DNA from: Eledone cirrhosa
Taxonomy: Eukaryota
NCBI GenBank assembly: GCA_964016885.1
Contig: OZ024745.1
Location: forward strand, 90,024,001 to 90,088,000
Length of the DNA stretch: 64,000 nucleotides
Direction: 5' to 3'
A program made the position numbers and the translations under genes. The notes below the pieces were generated by a model, which saw only the letters and a list, made by a program, of their open reading frames with translations, was not told where the DNA came from and ran no database searches. This document shows, piece by piece, positions 37,892 to 51,441 of the stretch (its first letter is position 1; each line of letters opens with the position of its first letter).

Positions 37892-39927
37892 ACCTATCAC
37901 ATGTCTGTCCGTAATGTGGAAACTGTTGACGAGCATTGTGTCTGAGGAAATCTACCATCACCTCCACACAAACAACTTGTTACCGGACGAACAGAAAGGA
38001 TGCCGAAAGAAGTCACGTGGTACAAAGGACCAGTTACTTATTGATAAGATGGTAATGGGGAATTGCAGGAGGAGACACACTGATCTTGCCATGGGATGGA
38101 TAGACTACAGAAAGGCATTTGACATGGTGCCTCATTCTTGGATCACCAAAAGCCTGGAGATCTTCAGGGTGGCAGATAACATCAGAGAGTTGCTGGGCAG
38201 GAGTATGGGGTCCTGGGAGACAGAGTTGACATCAACTGGAGTATCCTTGGGAAGCGTGAAGATCAAGAGAGGTATCTTCCAGGGAGATAGCCTATCCCCT
38301 CTGTTGTTTGTCCTTGCCCTAATGCCCTTGACCATTATGCTGCGAAAAGTGAGAGCAGGATACAAGTTGGGAAGGGGAGATCTTAAAATCAATCACCTCC
38401 TCTTCATGGACGATCTTAAGCTCTTCGGGAAAAGTGAGAAGGAGTTGGATGTGCTTGTTGACACTGTCCGTATTTTCACCAGTGATATATGTATGCAGTT
38501 TGGTATTGGTAAATGTGGAGTCATTGTGATGAGGAGGGGTAGGTTGAGCAGAAGTAGCGGGATCCAGATACCAACAGGTGAGATGATAAAGGAAATTGAC
38601 TCTGAGGAAGGATACAAGTATTTGGGCGTTCTGGAGGCTGATGGCATAAAGAATAAAAAAATGAAGGAATTGTTAAGAACTGAATACATTCGGAGAGTAA
38701 GGAGCGTATTGAAGTCACATCTGAACAGCAGAAATGCCATAAGCGCAGTAAATTCCCGAGCTGTGTCTATTATTAGGTACAGTGCGGGAATTCTGAGATG
38801 GAATGTTGCTGAACAAAAAGAAATGGATAGGAAGACTAGGAAGCTATTGACTATCTACAACATGTTCCACAAGAGGAGTGTTGTCGATAGACTCTACCTA
38901 AGGAGATCTGAGGGTGGAAGAGGTCTTATCAGCATAGAGGACTGTGTTCAGATGGAGAAAAACAACCTATACAAATACGTGACCTATAGTAAGGAGCCAA
39001 TGCTCAAAACTGTACTGAAGGAGGGGACAGTATGCCAGGGGATGTCCAAGGAGGAAATAACATCAAGGAGGAAGAGCAGCCTTAAGGGAAAATCCCTTCA
39101 TAGTACCTTCTTTGAGAAAACTGAATTTAGAGATCCACAGACATGGAACTGGTTGAGAAGAGGAGACCTCAAAAAGGCTACAGAAGGAATGCTAATGGCT
39201 GCGCAGGAGCAGGCCCTCAAAACGAAGTGGTTGAAGCACCATATTTACAAGGAGGAGGCTAGCCCACTGTGCAGGATCTGTGGAGAGAGAGAGAGGAGAC
39301 TGTGGCTCACATTGTGTCCGAGTGCAAACACCTAGCCCAGACCCACTATAAGGGCTGGGGACACGATGTGATGGGCAGGGTGATCCACTGGCACCTGTGC
39401 AAAGTAAACAATTTACCACATTCTGAGAAATGGTATGAGCATAGGCCGGAGGCGGTGATGGAGAACAATCAGGTGAAGGTGCTGTGGGATTTTAGGATAC
39501 AGACGGACAAAAAACTGGAACACAATAGACCTGACCTGGTGGTTGTGGACAAAGAAAAAAGATCGTGTCTGATTGTGGATGTGGCCTGCCCGTTCGACAC
39601 GAGAGTGCAAGAGAAGGAGAGGGAGAAAATTAACCGATACCAGGACCTAAAGTGGGAGGTGAAAAGGATTTGGAACTGCCATGAAGTCAAAGTGATCCCG
39701 ATTGTCATAGGCGCATTGGGGACTATCTCCAAAAGTTTCCAGGGATGGTTAAAGAAAATCGGCCCCTTCACGCTTTTTGGAACGCTTCAAAAGGCATGCT
39801 TGCTTGGAACAGCAAGAACACTCCGATACGTCCTGAATATCTGAGGCTGCAGGTAGTGGCTTGATATTTATTCCAACGGACTTTCCAGTTAACCAACATC
39901 AATGACTGAGATTCAAGGAATAACAAC
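37892..39927 (+). mobile_element. 5'-truncated R4/Dong-clade retrotransposon, family B (RT + CCHC + RLE)
   Basis: [60 protein letters not shown] and RPDL..VD..KINRYQDL. (AAT)n lies on both sides. Confidence 0.92.
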
Positions 39928-39950
39928 AATAATAATAATAATAATAATAA

Positions 39951-40036
39951 TTGTTTCTACTTTAGGCACAAGGCCAGCAAATACTCAGTGCATTACTGGT
40001 ACTTTTATTTTATCGACCCCGTAAGGATGAAAGGCT
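39951..40036 (-). mobile_element. 3' half of a Meta-domain-like SINE
   Basis: TGTTTCTACTTTAGGCACAAGGCCAG...GACCCCGTAAGGATGAAAGGC. Confidence 0.75.
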
Positions 40037-40739
40037 AAGGGAAGAAAACGCACATGGTGGATATATCGTTATGGAATCGCTCCCGTAAGTTTTTGATTTT
40101 TACATATTTAAAACAACTGTGATAGAATAATTCTTATTACAAATGAAACATAAGATTACAGTTTTCACTCTCAGCAAGCTGCAACGCATCACATTATGGC
40201 ATAGGGCCCCAATATTTAATATTTAATTTTGGATCAGAAATGTTATAGTCAAAAATAGGACAATGGCTACGTGGACAGACAAGCAAATCATTTTACCACC
40301 ACCAACACAACCACCGCCACACCAAAAAAATCTAGCCAAGTTGCTCCAACTTCTATTTCTACTTCAACTTCAACACCATCACTACAGTACTACGATCACA
40401 TCACCACCACCACCACTGCCTCATTATCGCTACCGCCGCTATTCTCTCCCACTACCTCCTGCTAAGACAGAGGTATCGTAGTATTCCCAATAAGTGAGGA
40501 AGGCATCAAAAGATATAAATAGACTGATTTGATGACCCGGTCAAAAATTCAAAAAATCAAAATTCAAAATCAAAACAGCACAGCAGCAAAGAAAAGCGTA
40601 AGGAAAAAAAAGAAAAACAAACAAACAAACAAACAAAACTAAGTCAGACATTCAAACATTACATTACAATGCAACTTATGCTTATTTTTTTAGGTTTTTA
40701 CCTATTTATTTGTTTATTTATTTATGTTCGTCTACAGCG

Positions 40740-43700
40740 TGATAGTGCCACGCTAAAATCACCGGGGGTGATCAAATCACTGGGGGAGATGAAATCACCG
40801 GTTGGTTATGTAACCATACATTCACCAATCCTCGATATGAGTGTTTAAATGTCGAACCTAAACAGTTCGCGTAACGGTGAAGTGTAGACTGGAATGTCAT
40901 GTGACAGACTCTCACCCAGCAGGTGCTCCCTGGCCCAGCAGCAGGGACCTGGCTGTCATCCAAATACTGCTGGTGTTGGAGGAAGAAGAAGAAGGAAAGG
41001 GACCAGAACCAACTGGACGAAAGAATTGAATAGAACTGTTATGCAATGTTACCTGAAGAGTAACCCCAAGGGAAAAGGCTATAGGAAACGGATGCATAGC
41101 ATCAGGAACGGGATTGGTCTATTTAAATGAGATGAATAAAAGTTGGCCGGGCAGGCTCGGCTAATAAAAACTAATGGGTGGATAAGCGAGCTGGAACTGG
41201 AGGAACTCAGCAGAGAGATTAGATTGGAAATGGAGTATGCCAGGCAAACGAGCCAGTGGGAGATGAAGGTGGAGAAGAGGTTGAGAGAAAGGAGGAAGCA
41301 TCGGAAGCAGACAATGATCTGAATGCTGAAATAAATAATACCTGGAACAAAGATACGGCCTTGATAAATGAATGCTGAACAACTTAGTGGTAGATGAAAT
41401 GAACAATTATAGTGGGAAACCTATGAACCTAAGATTTGTAGATAGGAAAAAGTTAAAAGAAACAACAGCTAAGTTAAACAAAGTCATCCCATACCTTGAG
41501 ACGAGGAACCTTCACCAGAGCAACAATATCCTCAAAGCAACAGCAGATGCGGTGAGGAAATTACTTGGCATAAAAGCGAGAGGAAACAACAAACAAGAAA
41601 GAACAGAACCTTGGTGGAAGAAGCGAGTGAATGGTCAAATCAAGGAAATGAGAAATGACACTGGAAAGCTTGAGTCCCTACTGAAAGGGACACTACAAAA
41701 CATAGACTGGAAATAAAGTACAAAACTAGGAGGAAAAAGCTAAATATTATCATAGAGGAACTGAAGCAACGCATTGTAGCAAAGATCGCAAAGATTAGGC
41801 GATACGAGAGCAGAGGCAGTCAGTATAGACAGAACCGCATGTTTGACAACAACCAGAAGATGTTGTTTGGACAGCTTGAACGGAAAGAAAGACGCAACGA
41901 CTTGATCCCTTAGGCGAAACAAACTAAGACATTCTGGAGAAAAATATGGGAGCAGGGTGTTGAACATAATGATCAGGCAGTGTGAATTGAGACAGTACAA
42001 AGGGAGATTAGTGAACAGGCACACCAACAAACTGATTTGAGTATCACAGTTGAAACTCTTAAGGGGCAGGCCAGAAAACTAACCAACTGGAAATCACCAG
42101 GCCAGATGGTGTGCAGGGGTATTGGATTAAAAATATAACATCCCACCACCCGAAACTGACAACCAAGTTCAATGACTGCTTGATGTCAGGTGAGGTACCA
42201 GAGTGGTTGACAAAAGGTACCACAGTTCTGGTAATGAAAGACCGAATCAAGAGTAATGATATTACCAACTATAGACCTATCACATGTCTGTCCGTAATGT
42301 GGAAACTGTTAACAGACATTGTGTCTGAGGAAATGTACCATCACCTCCACACAAATAACTTGTTACCGGACGAACAGAAAGTATGCCGAAAGAAGTCACG
42401 TGGTACAAAGGACCAGTTACTTATTGATAAGATGGTAATGAGGAATTGCAAGAGGAGACACACTGGTCTTGCCATGGGATGGATAGACTACAAAAAGGCA
42501 TTTGACATGGTGTCTCATTCTTGGATCAACAAAAGCCTAGAGATCTTCGGGGTGGCAGATAACATCAGACAGTTGTTGAGCAAAAGTATGAAGTCCTGGA
42601 AAACAGACTTAACATCGGCTGGAGAATCCTTGGGAGGCGTGAGGATCAAGAGAGGTATCTTCAAGGGAGATTTTCTGTCCCCTCTGTTGTTTGTCCTTAT
42701 CCTGATACCCCTGATAATTATACTGCGAAAAGTGAGAATAGGATACAAGTTGGGAAAGGGAGAGCTTACCATCAATCACCTCCTCTTCATGGACTATTTT
42801 AAGCTCTTCGGGTAGAGTGAGAAGGAGTTGGATGTGCTTGTTGACACTGTCCGTATTTTCAGCAATGATATATGTATGCAATTTGATATTAGTAAGTGTG
42901 GAGTCCTTGTGATGAAGAGAGGTAAATTGAGCAGAAGCAAAGGAATCCAGGTACCAACAAGTGAGATGATAAAGGAATTTGACTCTGAAGAAGGATACAA
43001 ATATTTAGGTGTTCTGGAGGCTGATGACATCAATAACAAAAAAATGAAGGAATTGATAAGATCTGAATACATTCGGAGAGTAAGGAGCGTATTAAAATCA
43101 CATCTGAACAGTAGGAATGCCATAAGTGCAGTAAATTCCCGAGCTGTGTCTATTATTAGGTATAGTGCGGGAATTCTGAGATGGAATATTGCTGAACAAA
43201 AATAAATGGATAGGAAGACTAGGAAGCTATTGACTATCTACAACATGTTCCACAAGAGGAGTGATGTCGATAGACTCTACTTAAGGAGATCTGAAGGTGG
43301 AAGAGGTCTTATCAGCATAGAGGACTGTGTTCAGATGGAGAAAAACAACCTACACAAATACGTGAGTGATAGTAGGGAGCCAATGCTCAGAATTGTACTG
43401 AAGGAGAGAAAAATAGACCAGGGGATGTCCAAGGAGGAAATAACAACCAGGAGAAAGAGCAACCTTCATGAAAAATCCCTTCATAGTACCTTCTTTGAGA
43501 AAACTGAATTCAGAGATCCACAGACAGGGAACTGGTTGAAAAGAGGAGACCTTAAAAAGGCTACAGATGGAATGCTAATGGCTGCGCAAGAGCAGGCCCT
43601 CAAAACGAAGTGGCTGAAACACCATATTTACAAGGAGGAGGCTAGCCCACTGTGCAGGATCTGTGGAGAGAGGAGACTGTGGCTCACATTGTATCCGAGT

Positions 43701-44297
43701 GTAAACACCTAGCCCAGACTCACTATAAAGGCTGGAGACATGATGTGATGGGCAGGGTGATCCACTGGCACCTATGCAAAGTAAACAATTTACCACATTC
43801 TGAGAAGTGGTATGAGCATAAGCCAGTGTCGGTGATAGAAAACGATCAGGTGAAGGTGCTGTGGGATTTTAGGATACAGACGGACAAGAAACTGAAACAC
43901 AATAGACCTGACCTGGTGGTTTTGGACAAGGAAACAAGATCGTGGCTGATTGTGGATGTGGCCTGCCCATTCGACACGAGAGTTCAAGAGAAGGAGAGGG
44001 AGAAAATTAACCGATACCAGGACTTAAAGTGGGAGGTAAAAAAGATTTGGAACTGCCATGAAGTCAAAGTGGTCCCGATTGTCATAGGCGCACTAGGTAC
44101 TATCTCAAAGAGTTTCCAAGGATGGTTAAAGAAAATTGGCCCCGCCCCGCTTTTTGGAACTCTTCAAAAGGCATGCTTGCTGGGAACAGCAAGAACCCTC
44201 CGATATGTCCTGAATATCTGAGGCTGCAGGTAGTGGCTTGATATTCATTTCAACGAACTTTCCAGTTACTAACATCAATGACTGAGTCTCAAAGAAC
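40740..44297 (+). mobile_element. Near-full-length decayed R4/Dong-clade retrotransposon, family B (ORF ~40894-44221 with stops and frameshifts)
   Basis: N-terminal WTKELN..VMQCY...GYRKRM, EPWWKKR, RT and RLE motifs highly similar to 37892-39927, and an (AAT)n tail. The 5' boundary is approximate. Confidence 0.9.
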
Positions 44298-44318
44298 AAT
44301 AATAATAATAATAATAAT

Positions 44319-44424
44319 TGTTTCTACTTTAGGCACAAGGCCAGAAATATCCAGTGCATTACTGGTACTTTATTTTTTCGACCCCGTAAAGATGAAAGGC
44401 AAAGTTAACCTCGGCGGGATTTGA
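44319..44424 (-). mobile_element. 3' half of a Meta-domain-like SINE, ending at the Tx1/L1 junction
   Basis: Matches the family up to the B-box (GGCGGGATTTGA). Confidence 0.75.
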
Positions 44425-44639
44425 TTTCATTTATTGGCCACAAGGGCATATAGGGAACAATACAAAAGACTGGGCAGTGGGGTTTTACAGAAAAATCGAG
44501 TAAACAATATGAATAACAATAACAAAGTAACAATAAAATTACAAGAAGAAATTCCCCAATATGGAGGATGACCACCCAGGGTTCGCTCAGGTACCCTACC
44601 AATCCTGAACGACCCGACGCTTCGCGAGCACCCTGGAAG

Positions 44640-47600
44640 GGCATCCCTCTCCTCCTCAAATTTACCTACCTACAGCCGCATGACCAGAGTAGGCCCACTC
44701 ACACGGGCCATTCTCGCCACATTCACCCACCTTTCAGCAAATGTACTGGGAGGCAGCACTTCTCTCTCCACCCTCACCTTCCTTTCCAAATGAAACTTGA
44801 AAAAGTTGATGAGGGATTGGCCGAAGAGAAAAGTGTCTGTCTTCAGTCCTTTCAACCTAGTCCACTATACAACCTCTTTCGCTACTGCCACCAGAGAGAG
44901 GAAAATTGCCTGCCCATCCTGGCCAAAAGAAGGCGGCGGGTCGATCTTCACTATGGACTCGGCCGATAGCCAGATCCGTTCTACACGCGACAACAGCTGT
45001 TCAACATAACTCCACAAGTCAGTAATGCACGGACACTGGACGAGTGCGTACAGAACGGTTTCTTTGCTCTGCGCGCATCTCGGGCAGGTCCGTCTGACAG
45101 CACTTCCGTGCCTGTAGAGTTTATCTCGAACCGGCAGTGCCCCCCGGTAGCACTGCCAAACGAGAGATTTTTGGAAATTATCCACCATCCCCGGCTCGAA
45201 AGTCCTCCAGTACAGACTGGTTAGTTCGACTTCGTTGACTCCCAGAGCCTCTCCGAACGCGTCGTCGCACTTGCCCACCACTAATCCTCTATAGAACTCG
45301 AGAGTGGAAGTTCCACTCACCGCATTGCCCGCCTGGTAGAGGGCAGTGAGTGCCTAGCAACATTCCAGGTGCCAGTCACCCAGTCTCGGTCTCTTCTTGA
45401 CCCAGGACTGCAGCTAAGTCAAAGACACGAGATGCGGAAAGGCCCGTCTGACAAACGGCGACCACAACTCTTCACCGTTTAGGCAGAATATCTGGAGATG
45501 CCGCAGCCTCAGCGCGTGCCTGCGCATCATTAGCCACAGCATGCCCAGCCCTCCACATAGAGGGTGCTGGCAGCAGATGGACCACCTCACCAGCGGAACC
45601 TGACCCCTGCACAAGAATTTGAAGAGGAGCCGCTCCAAGATGGCGAGGCGCGAACGGGGGCAAGGGACGACGGTCAGACGGTAGTAGTTGACGGACGCGA
45701 TGTACGCATTCGCCACATCCGCCCGACCTTTCAGTGATAGCTTCATCCCAGCCCATTTCTGTGTGAGACTGGCTACCCTGCCCGTCACCTCCTCCCAATT
45801 TTTATCCACCTAGAGGTCTGCCCCGAACCAAACCCCTAGCAACTTTACAGGTCCGTCCGTCCAGCGCCTAACGACGCTGTTGGACAGCATGTACTTGCCT
45901 CTCCAGGTGCCGAGTTGCAAGCCCACCGACTCTTCTGGGTTAAGTTTTGCTCCCGTCAACCTTTCATATTCCTCTAATAAGTTGCCGACCACCTCGATTT
46001 CTGAGGTGTCCGACACCATCACGGTGATGTCGTCCGCATAAGCCGACACAGCCTTTCCGAGTCCCGGTTCGAGCGGGATGCCCTGCAACAGCTCCAGCTT
46101 CCGCAGTAAAGGCTCGAGAGTCAATACATACAGAAGGGAGAAGAGAGGGCACCCTTGACGGTCCGATCGGGAGACCTGAAACGGTTCCGAGAGGTGGCCA
46201 TTAATTTTGACCATCGAGCAGGTGCCGCTGTGCATTGCAGCGATCCAGCTTCTGAAGACGGGGTCGAAGCCAGCCGCCTTGAGGACAGCCTCCAGGTACC
46301 GATGGTCGACCCTATCGAATGCTTTCGTTTGATCTAAATTGATCAGAGGCCCACCGAAGCCAGGTTTACACACTACCCTCTCTATCGCATTAGGTGGAGG
46401 TTGTCGTGTATGGACCTGGTTGGGATTGCGCAAGTTTGCGCCTCCCCAACGACAAGCGCCAACCTCTTCGCTAACACCCTGGCCAAAATCTTAAACTCTG
46501 TGTTGAGCAGAGTTATGGGCCTGAAATTGTCTAATGTGTCCCTCTTGTTCTCGTCTTTCCTTATCAGCGCCACTACACCCCGGCGCACAGAACTGGGAAT
46601 ACTCCCGTTTTGCTGCCAGTGCCAGTAGAGGGCTTCGAGGAGATTGGAGAACAAATCTGGTTTATTTACGTAAAGCTCGTGAGTTGCGCCTCATGCATCC
46701 GACAAGGGCATCCTGAATCTTTCGCAGCGCCCAGCATCAGCCGTCGAGAGTTGCGGCAAGCCATCGAGGTAGGGACTGAAGTCCGCCACCACCTCTGACC
46801 CGCCACTCTCCCCGAACAACCGAGCAAAATGTTGGCGAAAGGCCTCACACATCCGCTTGGAATCCCTCAGCTCGTATCCGTTTCGGTCCGTCAAAGACCG
46901 AATCGTGGTTTTATTACCACGCTGCGCCTCTGCCACGAGGGCCCATCGAACAGCTTTGGTTCCCTCGTTTCTCAGAGCACCCACCTTAGCTCTGACAATG
47001 CAACCTTCGTGTTTCGCATTGAAGAAATGGTCTAATGCCATTATCGCCGCTAGAACTCAGTTGCAATGCCACTTAGACTCGTCTAACTTATCTATCAACT
47101 CCCCCTCCTTTCTATTTTTCTCTAACGCTACTTCTTTGCTAAACTCTATCGACATTACTCTAATTTCTCTTTTGAGAGCGCCCCACCATCTAATGTTGAC
47201 GACTTCCCGTGTCAACTTTTTCTTAACTAAATTGTTGACCTGGTCCCTGTAAGCCTTACATGCCGGAAATGACATGTTCAGCTTCCAGTAACCAGGTCCT
47301 AACCTACGCGTCTTATCTAGGTCGACCATACAGATCACAAACTTGTGATCTGAATAGGCGACCGTTTCAAAACGTGGACAGCTTACACTATTTCTGTCTA
47401 TTTTCCTAATGAATATCCTGTCTATATACGATCTAGATGACCCTATGCGGTTAGCCCAGGTCCACACTGGCGCATTAGGGAAATCTAGTCGGTACCTGTC
47501 AGACAGTTGGAACTGGCTGATCAGGTTCTTGAGGCTTTTGCACCCCCCTCACTCCTATCGGATACTCCCACACAGTCCCAGCGTGCGTCTAAGATGCCGT

Positions 47601-48027
47601 TCCAGTCCCCCGCTAACAGTAAAGGGCGAGACGTACCCATAAAGGCTTCCAGGCGTCTAAAGAAGTCCGGCACTCCTGCTCCAGAAGGAGCATAGACGGC
47701 CACCAGTCTAAAGGCACCACCTTCGTTATTGTTCACGTCCAGGACCACCAACTTCCCGTCCGGGTCCCGGAAGATCGACCTTACCTCGAGATCCAGGCCT
47801 TTCCTAAACAGCACTGCCACCCCGCCTCCCATTCCCGGCCGGTTAACAGATGCAAAGATCTGATAGTCGTCGAAAATGGGGGATAGTGCGCGCGTATCGG
47901 AAATCCTGGTCTGGCTGACGGCAGTTACATCCATTTCTAGAGATCTGAGGTCGTTGAGCAGGTGACCCTGCTTCCAGGACGATCCCAGGCCTCGAACATT
48001 TAAACATCCTACTCTTAATACGGCCAT
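44640..48027 (-). pseudogene. L1/Tx1 ORF2 (APE endonuclease, reverse transcriptase)
   Basis: CLNVRGL, AVYAP, AGDWN, SYIDRIF, SDH, GYWKLN, NFRPITLLN, LDQTKAFDRVDH, RQGCP, AYADDIT and CPRC..ET. Frameshifted. Confidence 0.9.
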
Positions 48028-48058
48028 GTTGGCAGGTTAAATAGAGAGAGAGGAAAGG

Positions 48059-49958
48059 TTTACTTACCTTCTGGGCTCTTGTGAAGGTCGGGTTGTTCGA
48101 CCTCCATAGTTGGTGGGGTTTCTTTTGGGAACCCCTTTAAAAGTCTTGAGGTGGGTTTTACGTTCGGGTTTCCCACGTCCCGAGGAAAGCTATCTCGTAT
48201 TTCTTTGTATAAATCGAGCGACATTCGCACCAGAACCAAATCTTCCGGCACGCGAAATGTGCTCGATTTAAAAATTCCCCCTCCCCCTTTTTGTATATTT
48301 TCACTTCGTGCTACGAGGGCCATCAGTTCCTTGTTGGCCCTCCTGACGAGCACGAAGTTTTGTATGTTTTGTTGGTGTGATTTTATTTGTTTGCGTGGCT
48401 GTGGTGGTGATGGTTTTGGTGGTGTTGTTTCGGTTGTGTCTGTGTTAGTTGAGAGTGCGGTGTCTGTGGTTTCAGATGTTTGTGTGTATATTTGTTCTTG
48501 CGTCTGTTTAGGTTGTTTGCGTTTGGGGGATTCTGGTGATGGTGATGGTGGTGTTAATGTTGGTGTTATTGGAGAGATGTTTGCGTAGGTGGTGTCTGCG
48601 TTTTTTATTGTGGGTGATTTTGTGCTTTGTGAGTTTTTTTTTTCATTTTTGTGTTTCCTTTTTTGTATTTTGGGGGATTTTGGTTTTCCCTCATCTTCAC
48701 TACTGGTAGATGAGGGGTTTGTGTCTGTAAGTGTGTCTGTATGTATGTCTATGGTTTTATTGGTGCGTGTATTTTGGGGGGGAGGGGGAAGTTGACAGCT
48801 TTCCTCGTTTCCTCCCCTGGATGGTCAATGTTGGTGTTGGTCTTTCTATTGGTGTTGTTGTTGGTGGTTTTGCCGGTGCTGGTGTTGGTTGTGGTCCTCA
48901 CCCCGGCGTGGGCAGCAGTGGAGCCTTTCAACCCCTTGCCTCTTCCAGCAGTGGAGGGCAGAAGGCTCGCAAATGGGTTTTTTCCCCACAAACAAAACAC
49001 TGCGGCCTTTTGCCTTCGGTCATAATGTGAATGACCGTCCCATTCTGAAGTCGGATGTGGTCTGGGATTGTCTTCACATTCTCGGGCCTGATCTGGAGAA
49101 GGATCTCCAGGTCAACCCCGGACCATTCCTCTCCGGCCGTTCTGGTCACTTCTATAGGGACGGTATCCGTCCCCTCCACAATCACACATCGCAGAAGCCA
49201 CCACATGTCAAGTCCTGGTGGGATTCTGGGAATGCGGAGACGGGCCGTTCTTTTCCCCATATGGGAGGGGTACATTATGACCTTTCTGGTTTTGTAAGGA
49301 GTCATAGCGTGTTTCATAGTGAGGGCTTCTGACTTGAACAACACCGAAATGGTGCCGTACTGTCTGCCCCTCTCTATGTATTCGGTGTCTTCTCTGATGC
49401 ACCTCAGCGCGACTTCGACATCTGCTTGTGAGATTAAAGCTGCCCTTTTGGTTTGTGCTGAGATGCATCTATATGCACCGTTCTGCGCTCCACTGCCTCA
49501 ATAGCGGGACAGTTAAGTTGGCCCTCAATACCGGGACAGTTAAGTTGGCCCAGGTTTGCTCTTACTTGATGAGCTTCCATGCCTGGGCCAACTTTTCATC
49601 TTTGTTTGGGAGGGCCATGTTGAAGCATGGCCTCTTTTTTGCTGCTGCCGCAGCGAAAGTGTTGTTTTTATCACTGTGTTGTTGTTATCACTGTCATCAT
49701 TGTTGTCTTTGTTGCCGCCGTTGTTCTCGGTGCAGTTGGTATTGTTGCTGTTGGTGTTGTCGCTATTTGTTTTCATGTTAGTGGTGTTGATATTGTTACA
49801 TTGAGTTCTCATTGGTATCATTGGTGTCTTTGTTTACATTGTTTGTGGTGGAGTTTGTGTTATGAATGTGTGTTAATTTCGCTGTACCGCTCCTCTCAAC
49901 TTCTACGTCGTTGTCGTACGACAGCAGACATGTCGCTGGAGGGTGTAGGCTCAGCCAT
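48059..49958 (-). pseudogene. L1/Tx1 ORF1 (CCHC zinc-knuckle RNA-binding protein)
   Basis: EGKRPQCFVCGEKTHLRAFCP with low-complexity T/N/K stretches. Disrupted. Confidence 0.75.
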
Positions 49959-50183
49959 GTTTTTTTTTTTCTCCGTAAATTTTTTAAAATGTAAAAAAAG
50001 TTCAAATATTTGATCCAAAAGGCTCAAATATTATACTTTCCCCCTCACAGGGCAAAGTCTAAGGGCGTATATCCCTTACACAACAAGAAATATTTAACAA
50101 CAAATAATTTTAACAGGCAAATAAAGCGACTTACTGGGAGCGAGCAAAATACGTCCGATTAGACCAATAATAATAATAATAAT

Positions 50184-50322
50184 GGTTTTTGATTTAGGGC
50201 AAGGCCAACAATTTTGGGGGGAGGGGAAAGTTTATTAAATTAACCCCAGTGCATTACTGGTACTATATATTATGGACCCCGTAAGGATGAAAGGAAAGTT
50301 GACCAACTCAGACGTAAAGAGC
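50184..50322 (-). mobile_element. Degenerate Meta-domain-like SINE preceded by (AAT)n
   Basis: Similarity to the 4254-4470 family. Confidence 0.65.
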
Positions 50323-50569
50323 TGGAAATAATATTAATGTAGATTGCCATAAAAACTAAAATTTATTTTTAAAACAATGGAGAATGGAATAAGATGACAC
50401 ATTATTTCCTTCCTTAACAGGCATTAACAGCATTCAGTGAAGCAAAATGCTCCATTTGAGGATTAGGAATATAGGAGGCGGGTTTTTCTATGGCTCACAT
50501 TACTGACTATTGGGAAATTCTCATAAAAAACATATAATAGAACACAAGCTACATTATTCAAATGCCTAC

Positions 50570-50738
50570 CTCGGGCATCAGGATTGTTGAGAATATTTCC
50601 AATCGCCTCACTAATTCGTGTTAGTGTCGGCTTAAACAAGCGTTGCATTTCCTCCGGACTCAAACGTAGCATTCCTTGAGTAGACCAGCGAATATTAACG
50701 TTGTTATATTTCTTGATGGCGCTCTCCACGGTGCTCTT
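50570..50738 (-). CDS. HSPA12A: Internal coding exon of a heat shock 70 kDa protein 12 (HSPA12A/B-like) gene
   Basis: KSTVESAIKKYNNVNIRWSTQGMLRLSPEEMQRLFKPTL matches the HSPA12 WSSQGMLRMS...LFKPT block. Acceptor TTGCAG|AAG and donor G|GTAGGC; 169 bp (phase 0 to 1). The A versus B assignment is not resolvable. Confidence 0.85.
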
Positions 50739-51260
50739 CTGCAATAAATCACACAACAATGAACATGAGATTTTTTTTTTTATAATCAAATTAAAATGTG
50801 GTTGATATTCAGAATGCGAGATTGTTGTTATCGTCCGTGAACGAATGGACATCATTACTGCTAGATAAAACATAAAAAGGAAAGATGAAAATATAGAGAG
50901 AAAGAACGAAAAAAAAATGCAACGTAGCAACGAAATGACCGGAGAAATTAAGAATCTGGGAAAGTGCAGAAAAGAGGGAAAAAGTCAAAAGTGGAGAAAG
51001 CAATTTTAGAATGAAACAGAGACAGAAAAATTGTATAGGAAGAAAATTCAATAAATGAACCAAAAATAGTGGTGGCTAGAATTCAATCATAGCAGAACGG
51101 AGCTCAACAATATCTATTTCTTTTAAGCCTTTGATCTTTTATCTTCATTTATTAAGACATTTTTTTCAGGAAATACGACGGCTCTAGCATGGTTAATAGG
51201 ATTTTATGTATATACATATTACATACACACACACATATGTGTGGGTATGTAATATATATA

Positions 51261-51441
51261 TAGGAAAAGAGTCAGGACCGCGACGGCTGAGCTCCGGCCG
51301 TTTCGACAGCTAGATCTGAACGTTCAAATCTAGCTGTCGAAACGGCTGGAGCTGAGCCGTCGGGGTCCAGAATCTTTCCCTATTACCCACTCTACTACCA
51401 TAAGTATTGAGTACTCTGGTTCCTTACCACACTTCCTTCGT
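51261..51441 (+). mobile_element. ~180-bp fold-back mini-element in (TA)n
   Basis: Palindrome centred at 51321/51322 plus the same tail as 29967-30047. Confidence 0.8.

Larger units (their letters stand above)
44426..50163 (-). mobile_element. Full-length decayed L1/Tx1-clade LINE
   Basis: ORF1 with a zinc knuckle, ORF2 with APE endonuclease + RT + C-terminal Cys motif, and AATAAA at the 3' end (~44430). Confidence 0.9.

Noticed and set aside
38132-49804. Many antisense or alternate-frame ORFs over the Dong and Tx1 elements
   Set aside because: Shadow ORFs of retrotransposon coding sequence with no recognisable motifs.
50463-50930. 155-aa ORF as a whole gene
   Set aside because: Only the 169-bp segment between canonical splice sites resembles HSPA12; the rest is intronic read-through.
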